A DNA stretch of 63,566 nucleotides, filler included, from Atractiella rhizophila (lineage: Eukaryota), in assembly GCA_021432655.1 (NCBI GenBank). It is 3 parts of 3 records of this genome, joined end to end, with 100 filler letters (N's around TTAATTAATTAA, not from the genome) between each part and the next. Parts side by side here need not be neighbours in the genome. Positions count along the whole stretch, not along the records: positions 1 to 30,651 come from MU271706.1; 2 more parts are not named here. One strand, given 5' to 3'. Position numbers and translations under genes: made by a program. Below are positions 13,373 through 26,092 of the stretch, piece by piece (position 1 is the stretch's first letter; each line of letters begins with the position of its first letter). The notes beneath the pieces were generated by a model that saw only the letters and a program-made list of their open reading frames with translations, had not been told where the DNA came from and did no database searches.

Positions 13373-14112
13373 CACGATTCGATTTCCAGAGGCGGAGTGC
13401 AATTGGTCCGTCGAATCTCTAGCTCTCGAACATGTACTTATCGTTTACCAAAAAAGCTTCTCGGTACAGATGGCACAACCACAACGTGATATAGCCCATC
13501 AAAACAAAGAACTTAGAAAACGTTAAATGGATCATGAGATCATGAAGCATGGGATATGGCTACTCATTCTCCATGCTCCAGTTCATGCATCAAGCGCTAC
13601 AGTATTGTGAAGAACCCTCGATCATATGACAACTGAAATTCCTCACCGTCAAAATGGAAGCGTACTTCTTCAATTTGCTGGAGATTTCTCAGTCCAGGAG
13701 ATATGGAACTGATAATCCAATGCAACCTGGTACAAAAAGGCGATTCTAACTCTTGCTCGCCTGTGGAAGAATGTCATAAAGACTCTTCTAGGAAGGAATC
13801 ATTGATCGCAGCGGAGCCCGGTGAGAGCTGAATAGTACCAGCTCATGAATATCAATGTATCATGCCCCAAGCCACATCCAACCGTCCGGTACATCTTGGT
13901 ATCCAGTGAATCGCAAAAACAGAATACCTTCTGGCCAATTGAAGACTGCAGGATGGGTCTACCCTGTAACATACGCTTTCCCGCGCCTCCAGCTGATTTC
14001 GGGTCACCTAGAGGCTGACTTTCAGCATATTTGGTAATCAAGACACCAGAGCGGAAGCACTGTCGTTCGACACCGAGCGAGGCAACTTTTGCGCGGCCCA
14101 TCTCCTGTCTCC

Positions 14113-14118
14113 TATAAA
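14113..14118 (+). promoter_or_regulatory. Putative TATA box of GFA gene
   Basis: TATAAA 60 nt upstream of ATG 14173. Confidence 0.45.
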
Positions 14119-14172
14119 GCAGTCGCTTCCCCAAAACCTTTCGTGATCCATCATCACAAACTCAGAAATAAA

Positions 14173-14621
14173 ATGGGCGAAACATATACTGGACAATGCC
14201 ATTGCAAAACGTACACATATTCGTTTTCACTCCCCACGCCCATACCAGCCGATGCCAAAATAGTTTCATGCAACTGCAGCTACTGCACCATCGCCGGGCC
14301 ACTCTATCTGTAGGTATCCATTGGTTGAAATGACCCCCGCTGATGCATGTGCTGGGTAATTCCAGCCGTCTCCCCCCAAATAACCTAGCTATCACTTCCA
14401 ACAACTTCGAGTCCCTTTCCCGATACCAATACGCTAGCAAGAACAGCATTTTCTACTTTTGCCCAACATGTCATTCTCTTTTAATGGCTATAAGGATGGA
14501 TCCAGAGGAAGAGCGAGGGACTACCTTTGTCAATTTGAGAACAACAATCGGATTTGATCCGAAAGCCAAGGAGAACTTAGAAAAATACCTTCATTATGAT
14601 GGCTTTGCTATCCAAGCTTAA
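14173..14621 (+). CDS. GFA / CENP-V-like (Mss4-like) zinc-binding protein
   Basis: YTGQCHC...SCNCSYC in exon 1 and FYFCPTC...FVNLRT...YDG in exon 2, the typical GFA Cys pattern. One intron. Confidence 0.85.
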
Positions 14622-15219
14622 AAATGGTATGACTTTGATAACGTATATGAATTCTCTTACAAATATCGTAGAACACTTCTGTCTTGGGGAGAACTCGCCC
14701 AACAATCTTGTGAGAATAGAATCAGAAGCTCACAACAACAAGCTTCCTGCAATTTCATACTAAAAAACTACTACCTAAGCTATCCACAGTCCATACATCT
14801 TATTCTTTCAGAATGTCTTCACCAAGTGAGCCTAAGTTGGGGCTGAAATTTCATCATTAATATTCCGAACCTTAATGGCGCGCCAAAGTCTTGCAGAATA
14901 TCAATTACATGTCGCAATCCTCGACATGGCATGGCAAGCTGTTACAGGTGTTGCACAAAAGCGACATAGTGGCGTAGCGGTTAAAACAATTTGTCATGGA
15001 TTCTGCTGCAATGCTATCAGGACACACGAAACACGAAGGCATAAATCAATAGGCAAGCAAGAGGGAAGATGGAACAAGCAAAACAGGAAGAAATCAGAGA
15101 AAGGCGTCCAGGGAGTGGAACACAATACAGGACCACCAATCACGACGAGGTCATAAATGCATAATATTCATACACGAATATGAATCAAAGAAGTGTGCAA
15201 AAAGGTGAGTAGAAATAGC

Positions 15220-16500
15220 TCAAGCCTTTGCAGGAGAAGCTTTCTTCTTCGGAGCTGCCTTCTTCTTCGATGGCGCTTTGGTAGGCACATTGGTGCGATC
15301 CTTCGGTGCTGTAAAGAATTTAGTCTAGAGACTACAGAAGAGTAGTCAACGAACCTTTGCGAGCAGCGGCGGGTTTCTGCGATCAATGGTGTTAGTGGCA
15401 GCACAATCCAGAAGAGTGAGAAACCAACCTTGGAAGGAGCGAGGGAAGAAGTTGTTTTCTTCGCAGCAGGTTTCTTCGTCGTCTTCTTTGTTGCGGAAGC
15501 TACAGTTTTCTTCGCCGGCGCCTTCTTCACGGTAGCTTTCGTTGTGGCCTTCGTTGTGGCCTTCTTAACAGGGGCTTTCGCGGTGGCGGTCTTCTTTGCA
15601 GCAGGCTTTGCGGCAGGCTTCTTCGTGACCGTCTTGGCAGCAGAGGTGGGCTTCTTAGCGGCAGAGGTGGGCTTAACGTTCTACTCAAGCTGTCAGGTCA
15701 TAATGGGGAAACCAAATTAAGAATAGACAGACCTCCTTCCCGCCGGCAGAAGCCTTGGCAGCCTTCTTCACTTTTCCGGACGGACCTTTGGGGAGGGAGA
15801 AGACGCCATTTTCAACACCTCGCTCAATGGCAGCAGAGATATTGTGCGTGACAGTGTTATTGATAGGTATCTATGACGGGCATGAGGACGGCGAAACAAG
15901 ATAACTGCCGACGGACGCTGTACGTGTTCTCAATATATCTGACGCCACAGGTGAATATATCAGCATGGAAAGCTGCATGGATAATTGCAAGGCATACTTC
16001 TTGATAGCAGGCCTAGAAACACCAACTCGATTACCTCCTTCTTCCTGAGAGATACATTCCTGTTTCAATGTTCGTTAGTGAAGGTCGGTGACAAGGACAC
16101 CCTTTCCCACTTAAGGGCTGGGAGGATACCCACCAAAATCATATCCTACGCCCCATCAAAATGCGTCAGCAACAGAACAACACGTTTCCAGATGGAGGAG
16201 AAGGGGTGCACAATATCTGACGGTAACTAGAGAAAAAAGCTGCATTCTCTACACAAATAGAGATGATAAAAAAGCAAACAACAAATTCAACATCTCGGGC
16301 CTCTCTAGTTCAAAACGCGGGGGAAAATTGGTGGAAATAGCGCCTAGGATAAGGCAGCATACCTGATAAGGGGGATGGGAGGGAGCGGCTTTCTTGGAAG
16401 CGGGTTTGGACGACGTGGCTTTCTTTGTAGTGCTGGACTTGGTCTTTCCAGTCGCGGTTTTTCCGCTCGATTTCTTGGTGCTTGTTTTATCTGAAGCCAT
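15220..16500 (-). CDS. HHO1: Linker histone H1
   Basis: K/A/T-rich N- and C-terminal tails (KKPAAKK repeats). Globular-domain pieces SHPPYQ, GVSRPAIKKY, ISAAIERGVENGVFSLPKGPSGKVK. Many introns; TGA at 15220-15222. Confidence 0.92.
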
Positions 16501-16873
16501 TATTGCTAAGCTGTAGTTGGCAGGGTTGCTTCGCAAAAGATCGGAGTCGAAATGGAGAGTTGAAAATTGAGGCAAGGGAAATTTCTGCGTTCGTTGTTTG
16601 GAGGAGGGCGACCTTCTGAAGGGAAGTTGTTTTATACCTCCGCGCCCCTTAGGATTCGGTCTGAGGGGCTCTTCAAGTGTATCACGTGAGAAAATACGAT
16701 ATTGACACGCTACGGCCCACTTACGGTCATGCCAGGCGCTTCGGTACCGCGAGTCCGCCAGGAGCGTGGCCGCGAGATCTGTCAATTTTGTTCACTTCCA
16801 AAGAGTCTCAGGACAGTTATCACCCACAAAAGCAAGGATTTTAGCAACATTGGCATAAAAGTGTAAGGGGGAG

Positions 16874-18419
16874 ATGGAGACACCTTCAAGTCAACGAAGC
16901 TACATGCGCGCTGGAGACACAGTTGTGCTTCGCTTGCCATCAGGAACTCATAAGTCAGCGAAATTGATACCCAAAACGTGCGTTCTTCTTCTCTGGCTCT
17001 ACTCGACACTCAAGGATCACATAAGATTACAGGTCCATAAAGTTGGGAAAATTTGGGACTATTAACGACGCTTCAGACCTTATTGACCAGCCCTATGGTC
17101 TCACTTACGAAATCGAAGGGGATGGCAAACTCAGAGTTGTGCTCGACTATTCTCTCTCCGAGATTGGTGTGTCTTTTCAATACTAGGAGGAAGAACTACT
17201 GAGAGGAAACACAGAAATGACGGACGAGACGAACGAGGACATATCCGCCAATATCGGTGCTCAGACTCTGTCAACAGTGGATATTGAAACTTTCAAAAAG
17301 TTGGGAATGGATGCTCGCGTGCGCCGTGTACCTGCTCTTTATAAGTCCAATCTGACGTTTTAGCGAAGGAGATAATCCAGAAGCAGGTCGAACAGCATCA
17401 AGCATTCTCGTTAAAGACTGGCTTCTCTAAAGACAAATATATCAAGCGCAAGCAATCCAAGTGCGTGGTCTGTCTTCTGAGTACACGTCGTTTCTTAAGC
17501 CAGTGATCAGGTTTATGAAGATTTTTACTCCGGTCCAGCCGTCGTTGCACAATATTACCCAAAGCTTGTTCATCAAGAATCCACTCAAAACTCAGCTCTT
17601 GCGTCCAGACACTCTTTCTCAAATGCTTTCCTTTTCCGCTGTGCGACCTGGTTGTCGTACTCTCATATTCGACCAAATAGGTGGTCTTCTGATTGGCGCC
17701 GTGCTGGAACGGTTGGGCGGTCTGTTATCCATTATTTGTTGTTTGATGTGGACTCAAATCGAGGTTTTGCGTTGGGGCAGGCGAGGGCCTGGCCTTCTCG
17801 TTGACAGATAACGACAGTCCACCAGATACTAGCATTCTGAAGACGATGGGATTAAGCGACGAGGAGATGCGTGTATGGAAGAGCATGCATCTTCTTGGTC
17901 TCAACCCAGAATTCGATATTGATGGAGAGCTGGGTCCTCCCCCGCCTCCCCCACCGCCCCCTGCAGAGGGAGAAGAGAATAGAGGAGGAACAAAGGAGAA
18001 AATCAAAGACGTGAAACGCAGGGAGAGGAGGGAGAAGTTTGAAGATGCTCGTCAGGATCTTCAAAGTGGCGACTTTGACTCGTGTGTCCCTCTCTACATG
18101 CTCATTGTGTAGCTGATGGAGGGCCAGACTGCTGATCGTATCAACATACGAACCAACATCACTAATTAATCTGTTGTCTCCATTTCTCGCTGGATCAGCG
18201 TCGATCGCGATATATCATCCCCAAATCGAAGCATTGAAGAAATGTCACACCATGATGAAGTTCTCTAAGAACTTTGTGAACGAGCAGGTTACCGAGAGCT
18301 TCATCAAAGAGTGGCAGGTCTTGCCTGGCAGAACACATCCCCACGTCAGGGGTTATGGAGGAGGGATGAACGGCGGAGGTTTTATTCTCAGTGCGGTCAA
18401 AGTTCTTGGTGATGAATAA
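16874..18419 (+). CDS. TRM6: tRNA (adenine-58-N1)-methyltransferase non-catalytic subunit
   Basis: GDTVVLRLPSG, LIDQPYGLTYEI, LKTGFSKDKYIKRKQ, LRPDTLSQML, GGLLIGAVLERLGG, KEWQVLPGRTHP are all Gcd10/Trm6 motifs. Confidence 0.93.
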
Positions 18420-18529
18420 CGTTGCTCTGCGTTTTGTATGGAACCCTTCTTTGTCTTGTAATTACTATTCCCCATCACACGTCGCACTCTTGAGGTTGAG
18501 AGAAGTGAAGAAGTTTCTATTGCAATAAC

Positions 18530-20607
18530 TTAAGGAGTAGAACAGGGGGATAAGGACTTTTCAGCCATCAACTCCTTCTCCCTCTGCTTCATCCACAAAG
18601 CATCAGGAGTCCACTCTTCCCTCGCCCACTCTGGCAGCTCACTGCTGTAATCCCAATCGCGACAATAGTATCGCAATGCGTGCAGCCAGATGCACAACTG
18701 ATCTTGCCTCGGATCAGGAATCAACGGCACCCCGCACTCCATGCAATAATCGCCATTTGCGGCATCTGACGCCTGCATCCGCACCGAACTATCCCTAGAC
18801 GGAGTTGGTGGTCTTTCCTCGCCCACCTCAGGATCAGTCGGAGAAGGAGAACGAGAGAGCCTATCACCCTCCTTCGTCTCTTCCACAAACCGTCGCTTCT
18901 GCGCGAAGAGGCTCTCCTTGACTTCATCGCTTTTGAGAAACACAGCATCCTTCCACCTCCCCCAATTCTCCTCTTCGTCCCGCGTCTTCCTCAGCTCTGT
19001 GATCGCTCGGATACTTTGCTCATTCAGTCCAGACCCCGGAACGGTAGAACCCGATCCTAGGGGATCGAAGCCTGGCTTGGGAACAGACGGCTGCTCCGCA
19101 AATCGTTGTTCTTTCGCGCGAAGACGCTCGAGTTTGAGACGGATCTTCTCCTCCCGACGCTGTTTGTTGTTTTTCTGTTGAGTAGGGAAGACGAAGTTGT
19201 ATGCTATTCGATCTCGATCTTCTGTTCCATCCTCCTCCTGGGCCACTGCTTCTGCCTCTTGTCCATAAGCTTCTGTAGGTGTATTGACGCCAGTGGATTC
19301 TAGAGGTGTCGCAGAAACATCATCCACGACCTCTTGGGTTTCCTGCAGCATCATCTTCTCTAATCCTGCCGCCACCTTCTCTTGCTCCTCCACATCCGCG
19401 CTCTCTGGAGCATCAACATCCAAAGCCCTGGTCTTCGCCTCCAACGCATCCCTGAAAACTCCACCCCGGGCCTTGTCAGGTCCCCATGCCGTCGAATTGT
19501 TGTAGATGGGGTCGTTAGCGATTGGGTATCCGAGGTACTGGAGGTGCACCCGAATTTGATGTGTCCGTCCGGTGATAGGAAAGCAGTGGACTACACTCGT
19601 ATCGGTATCGGGGTGGTGGGAGAGTCGCTTGAAAATTGTCTTAGAGGGACGCCCCTGAGGATGCACGACGTTGATGCCGATTTGCTTGTCGATGGAGAGA
19701 AGTGGTTCTTCGCAGGTGATTTCCTCACTAAATCAGGATCAGCGAGTGTACCGAGAGAAATTGGTCAACAAACGTTGGAAAACAGCCAACAACTCTTGCA
19801 ACATATTCTTTTCGCACCTTCATTGCCTCTGTCTCAGCTGGATCTTCCTTGTGAGCCCTGTTGGTGTTCGGGTTGAAGTATTTCGCCAACTTTCGCCCAG
19901 CTTCCACGGTTGTGGCACACACCATCACACCACTGGTCAATCGGTCTAGTCGATTGCAGGTGCGAACGAGGGGAAAGTTGTGCTCATGACGCAATATGTG
20001 GAGCATGGTGTTGTGATGGTATCGCCCGGTAGAATGGATCTACAACGCCGCGCCTCAGGGAGTTGCAGAAGGAGAGGAAAACGAACGAACAGGCACGGAG
20101 CCCATCTTGTCCACAATCAGGATGCCTTTCTCCTCATCATGAGAAACGACTTTGACAGCGACGGCAGCTACAGGTGGCTCATGTCGATGCATGGCGTTTT
20201 CGATGTAATCTCCATTCTTGAGCACAGTATCTAAGCTCGCGGGCGTCTTCCCATTGAGCAGGACCTTGCCGGATAGGAGATGATGCTCGTAGTACGACTT
20301 TGAGCGGTCCCTGAATCACCAATCCTGCGATCGATGAGTGGACACTTGGAGGAAGGAGGAATTGACGGACCTGAACTCAGTGCTGAACACTTTTAAGATC
20401 GTTTTTCCGATCCATCGCTCCTTCACATAAGTGCGATAGATGAATCTTTCACGATTGTACACCTCAGGCTTCTGCTCGACCCGAAGAGTGAGAGGAAACT
20501 CACTCATATGGCTGGACTTTCCGTAAACCGTTTTCAAAGTAATAGACAGGCTTCTCCCAAGAATTTCCTACTTTATGTGTCTGGATGCTACCCTTTCTTT
20601 CAGCCAT
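18530..20607 (-). CDS. RluA-family pseudouridine synthase (Pus9/Rib2/RPUSD2-like, no deaminase domain)
   Basis: Reconstructed N-terminus MAERKGSIQTHKVGNSWEKPVYYFENGLRKVQPY|EFIYRTYVKERW. Motifs CNRLDRLTSG, PITGRTHQIRVHLQYLGYPIANDPIY, CMECG...IWLHALRY. Confidence 0.92.
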
Positions 20608-20957
20608 CGCTCGGATGAGCTCTTTCCCACAGTTTCTTGCCAGCGCTGCCACCAACTACTCTTGGTCGCCCCTTTGCTGCACAATCGCGTATCTACAGGC
20701 GTCAATAAAGATGTAATAGTTGTCCTTGTTCGTCCACAGTTTCCACAACTTTCGGTGGCAGCTTGAAAAGTTGAAAATGCGGAGCTCCACTCTGCTTCCA
20801 CTCCGACCTCGGCAAATGCCGCCGGATTTGCAAGGATTGCAACGGTGGCCACTTGATACTTCGCCGAAGAGGCTGGCCGCGAGCTGACGAGGCGAAAGAA
20901 CAAGCGAGCGAATAAAGAATGAATTCGTCCAAATTTTCGGGTTCCAAACGCCCGACC

Positions 20958-20966
20958 TATATAAAA
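20958..20966 (+). promoter_or_regulatory. Putative TATA box
   Basis: TATATAAAA upstream of the NAPE-PLD gene. Its position favours ATG 21085 over 20992. Confidence 0.45.
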
Positions 20967-20991
20967 GTGCGAGTTCCGCAAGCGAGAGCAT

Positions 20992-22414
20992 ATGATAAAG
21001 CAATCTGTCTTTCGAGGAATTCAGAAAGGCTCAGCTTATTTAAATCCCAAATCTGTCATTAGAAGAACCACTGTCTCTCTCGCCATGCCGTCGACCTCGT
21101 CCCCCATCACTTTTCCGGGCATCGCCAACACCGTTTCTTTAACTCCCATCAGCGCTCCCTCGCCTGCAGATTTGCTAGAGAAGAAGCATCACAACAAGGA
21201 TGGGAAGGGTTTTCATAACCCATGGCCGTCGTGGAATCCTCTACCATTCCGCCAAATGCTGGGTACCATTCTAGCGTAAGCTTTCACGGTTTTCAAGTGC
21301 ACCCAATGACGTGTGAGAAGGCGAACTGCGAGGGGGAAACAACCGTCAACCAAACCGCCTCATTACACCGTCGTCAAACCGACTTTTCTCAACGAACGTT
21401 TTCTCCCTTCGTCCTCCTCACTCCGCGCGACATGGATGGGTCATGCTGCCTACTTTCTCGAGTTCCCATCATCACTACGGGTCCTCTTCGATCCAGTTTT
21501 CACAGATCGCTGCTCGCCATCTTCATTCATGGGACCGAAGAGATACACACCTCTCCCAGCCAAAACTGCAGATATTCCCATCATTGACCTCGTCATCATT
21601 TCTCATTCGCATTACGACCATCTTTCACATCCAACCGTGGTGGAGATTGCGAAGAAGTTCCCTGACTGCCAATTCCTCGTCCCACTCGGAAACAAGGCGT
21701 GGTTTCAGAATTGTGGAATCAAGAATGTCTGTTTCTGACTTTAGTGTTTTGGTATTTTGAGTTGACGCTGGCACATTAGGTGACGGAAATGGATTGGTGG
21801 GAAACGAACGAGATCAAGATTGAGGTCTCAAAAAGCGCTCATGGAGAGGGTGGTGTGATTGAAGCCACAGTCGCCTGTTTACCAGCTCAGCACACGAGTG
21901 GAAGGACGGGATTCGACCGTGATCACACACTGTGGGCAAGTTGGAGCGTTGAAAGCGGAGGAAAAAAAGTCTGGTTCGGAGGGTTCGTTCCTCCATCTCC
22001 TTCCCTCACATGTAGCTCAAGTCTTTCTCCTATAGGGACACGGGCTATCGAGCAACCTGCGACATTCCCGAAGGCTCGTTCGTCTACGACCCAAAATATG
22101 ACCACCTCCCCGTCTGCCCGGTCTTCAAAGAGATTGGTAACCTTCGTGGCCCTTTCGACTTGGGACTTATCCCTATCGGCGCATACGACCCTCGCTTTCT
22201 CTTCTCCTCGATGCACGCGGACCCCTATGACGCGGTGAACATCTTCTTGGACACAAAGTGCGAAAAAGCGATGGGGATCCATTATGCCACCTGGGTTTTA
22301 ACGGAAGAAGAGATAACAGAACCACCGAAACTGTTGAAGGAGGCGTTGAAGTGGAAAGAGGTACCGGAGGAGAAGTTTGGAACTTGTGACATTGGAGGCA
22401 CAAGGGATTTCTGA
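20992..22414 (+). CDS. N-acyl-phosphatidylethanolamine phospholipase D (metallo-beta-lactamase fold, FMP30-like)
   Basis: [67 protein letters not shown]. Start is 20992 or 21085. Confidence 0.92.
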
Positions 22415-22804
22415 TTTTAGCATTGATAATAATTGCATGTTCGCCTTCGGCACTGCCCGAAACTTTCTATGTTGTTTTATACCACTTTAAAAATGTATTC
22501 CGCCCAATAAGATGCGAATTTAGCTTCCTGCAGTAGACGGAGCGCCTCAAAATAATAGCTGAACACCTTCTCTGCCTCCTCCGGCGTGCCCCAGAACTGC
22601 TAATTGGGTAGTAAAGGTGTCCATCCCAAAAAATCGGAAACGTGTCACGTGTCTCATTTGTCTTTATTTTCAACGCTGCCCTTGATATTACGGGGAAGGA
22701 AGTTGCAGGGAACAGTAGTACGGCCCGTTTAAGGACATTGTACGCTGTTGATTCGAATAAAGAAAAGGTCAACTACTCGGTCACAAGTTCGCTAGGTGTC
22801 CTCG

Positions 22805-25383
22805 ATGAATATTTGGCTTCGACGGTCATGCTGCTGCATCGCTAGTTACAGTTCGAGGAGGGCTCCTGGTCCTTTGCTTTCCTTTTCATTTGCAAGGTTC
22901 CAGTCGCGAGATAGCAGCAGCAAGGTGGCAGTGAAGCCTAAGGTATGTCGACTTAATTCTCTACTTGACCTGACTATTGAGACAATCTGTTAGGTATCCG
23001 ATATTTCTTCCTTTCCTCGATCTCGAATACGAAACTTCGCCATAATAGCGCATATAGATCATGGAAAATCTACTGTTCGCCCTTTGCCACACATAATAAG
23101 CATTCCCTGATTTGAAGAAGGACAGCTTGCGGATCGACTGTTAGAACTCACAGGAACGATTGAGAAATATGAAGAGGATGAGACGGGAGAGAAGGTCGCA
23201 AACAAGCAGGTGTTGGATAAGTTGAAAGTGGAGAGGGAGAGAGGCATTACTGTGAAGGCTCAAACAGCTAGGTGATCTCCATCTACGTAGCCTTCTGACT
23301 GTAATGTGCTTATTCATTATGTAGCATGTTTTATGAGCGTAATGGCGAGACCTACCTCCTCAACCTTCTGGATACGCCAGGTATGTCTTCTCCCCTCCTG
23401 GGCAAGCGTAAGGAGAATCGCTTATTCGGCAGGATGCAGGGCACGTAGACTTCTCCGCTGAGGTCATTCGATCCCTTCTTGCCTGCCAAGGTTGTCTCCT
23501 CCTCGTCGACTCTTCGCAGGGTGTCCAAGCTCAGACACTCTCTGTGCTCAATTATGCTCAAGAGCGTGCTCTCACCGTCATTCCCATCCTCAACAAGATA
23601 GACTTGCCTCACTCGTCCCCAGAAGAGGTAGAGGATCAGGTCTTGTCCATTCTACTTAAGGATGGGGATGCTGAGATTCAAAATGCGTTGAGAATAAGCG
23701 CAAAGACGGGACTGAACGTGGAGAGCGTTTTGGATGCCATTGTGGATCACATTCCTCCACCACTTGGGGAACATGCCGAGACATCAGTGGATGGAGATTC
23801 ATCGGGAGACTTGAGAGCTTTGGTATTTGACAGCTGGTTTGATGCCTACCGTGGAGTTGTCAGCTTGGTCGCCATCATCGGTGGCAGGCTTCAAAAAGGT
23901 ACATTCTTCCTTTCTATGCTTGCCCTTATGTTGTTCTAATGAGAGACAAGGTGATACGATTGTGTCGGCACACCTTGGGAAGAAGTACGAAGTGAACGAA
24001 GTTGGGTTCCTTCACCCAGACGAGGTGCCTTTATCCACAGGCTTGTCGACCGGGCAAGTGGGATACATCACCTGCAACATGAAGGACTCAATGGAATCCA
24101 TCCTTGGTGATACTTTCTATCACGTCGGAAAACCAGTGCCGCCAATTCAGAAGCTACAGGCCATGAAGCCCATGATTTACTCTGGGGTGTACCCAATGGA
24201 CGCTTCCGAGTTTCCAAAGCTCGAAGAAAGCATTAAACGTGTGCGTGTGACCCCGCCATCCTCCTTGTGCGTGAAATTGATAGATCTCCCTAGTTGACAT
24301 TGAACGATCGTAGCGTTTCCGTTCAGAAGGAGAGCTCTGCAGCCTTGGGACTTGGATTTCGGCTTGGCTTCCTCGGGAGCTTGCATAACGATGTGTTTCG
24401 ACAGAGACTGGAAGATGAGTATAATGCTGAGGTGATAATTACTCGTCCGTTTGTCCCCCTCAAGCGTAAGTGCTTTTCAGGTCTCTGTTTAGCACTGCGA
24501 GTTGATTTCACGACAAGTTGTGTCGAAGGATGGAGAGGAAAAGACCATACAATCTGCGCTGGAGTTTCCGGACCTTTTCGATATTCGACAAATGAAGATG
24601 GAAATTTTTGAGCCGCTCATCAAAGCGACGATCAATGTCCCAGACAATTACTTAGGTGTTGTAATGGAACTTCTACGTGTAAGTTTGTCTTGTCAGTTTC
24701 TGGTCTCAACCATTGTCTCATAGGCAAATCGTTGTACAACTTTGGACTACTCCTACCTGTCTACTTCGTCATCAGCTTCCCTCTCCAATACTGCTCTTCT
24801 TCAGATAATCAGCACTCTCCCTCTCTCCTCCATTGTCACCACCTTCCACTCTACACTTAAATCCCTAACTTCGGGTTTCGCATCGTTCGACTACGAAGAA
24901 GCTGGATGGGAAACTTCAGACCTCGGGCGATTAGAAATCTTAGTGAATGGACGGAAGGTGGATGAGTTGACCAGCGTGTGTCACAAGCTTGAAGCGGAGA
25001 GGGAGGGGAAGAGATGGACGGAAAGGATGAGGAAGATGGTGGATAGGCAGCAGTACGAGGTCGTGATTCAGGCTGCTTTCAGGGGTAAGATAGTGAGCAA
25101 GGAGCGGTAAGCCTTTCCTAGCTGCCAATTCTTGTCAGAGGTTTAAGTTGATGAATGCAAGGCTGGCGGCTATGAGGAAGGATGTCACATTAGGCGTAGG
25201 TGGTGGACATTACGACCGAAAGGTTCGTTAGTTCTATTCGGTTATTTGCTACCATCTAACAAAACGTTCTCATAGGCGAAAGTGCTCAACAAGCAAAAGG
25301 AAGGAAAGAAGAGGTTGAAGCGGATTGGCAATGTTGACATTTCGGCTGAGTCGTTTCATAAAATCCTTTCCACTCAAAATTAG
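22805..25383 (+). CDS. GUF1: Mitochondrial translation factor GUF1 (LepA/EF4 GTPase)
   Basis: [83 protein letters not shown]. Multiple introns; TAG at 25381-25383. Confidence 0.96.
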
Positions 25384-26092
25384 TTTATTAGAGCAGAAAG
25401 CCTTATAATCTTCGTATCACTGTAATACCAACCTTATTCTGCTGTGAATGTGGGAGTTCTAGTCATGCCTCTCTATGCTGAAAACATTCGAGGTCACTGG
25501 GCTCGGCTGCATGATGATTGTCAAACATTTGCAAGGAGTAGTCTGCGTTTGCACACTGGAAGAGAGATCAACCCGACAAATTCAACCCTGGTGCAAACAT
25601 GGTCATTTCCCTGGATACAAGTGAATGCCTTATGAAGCGGCGTCGGTGAGGGATTTGGACAGCAAACAGATCCAAAAGCACTTGAATCTGCTTGAAGTCG
25701 CTGGAGCAACTCAACTGACAAACCCATGTCCAACCAAATAGACTGCAACCTGACCTGGTAAACAGAATCTCTGGATGATCACTTCTTGCGGCTGACCTGT
25801 TATTGCTGCAAATGTTGCAATATTGTGTTGTGGCAGTGAGCGGCTAGGCCAGCTAGGTTGGGGACTTGGGCCATAAAATCCCGACCCTTCTTTAAGAACC
25901 TTCAGAAAGTTTTTCTGGCGAGCGAGATAAGATCGACCTGGCTGTCCAAAAACGACCAAACACCCTCTTAACATACATAGATGCAAACGATTTCGCACGA
26001 GTCCTCATGATACCCATTTGTTAACGACTCTATCTGTTTTTTTTTCACGCCTTCGCCCAATTCGAATCGGATTCCCTATACAACCTATAAAA

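Noticed and set aside
15480..15680. Short tandem repeats (e.g. GCAGAGGTGGGCTT x2) as a CRISPR or minisatellite
   Set aside because: They encode the KPTSAAK/KKPAAK repeats of the histone H1 tail.
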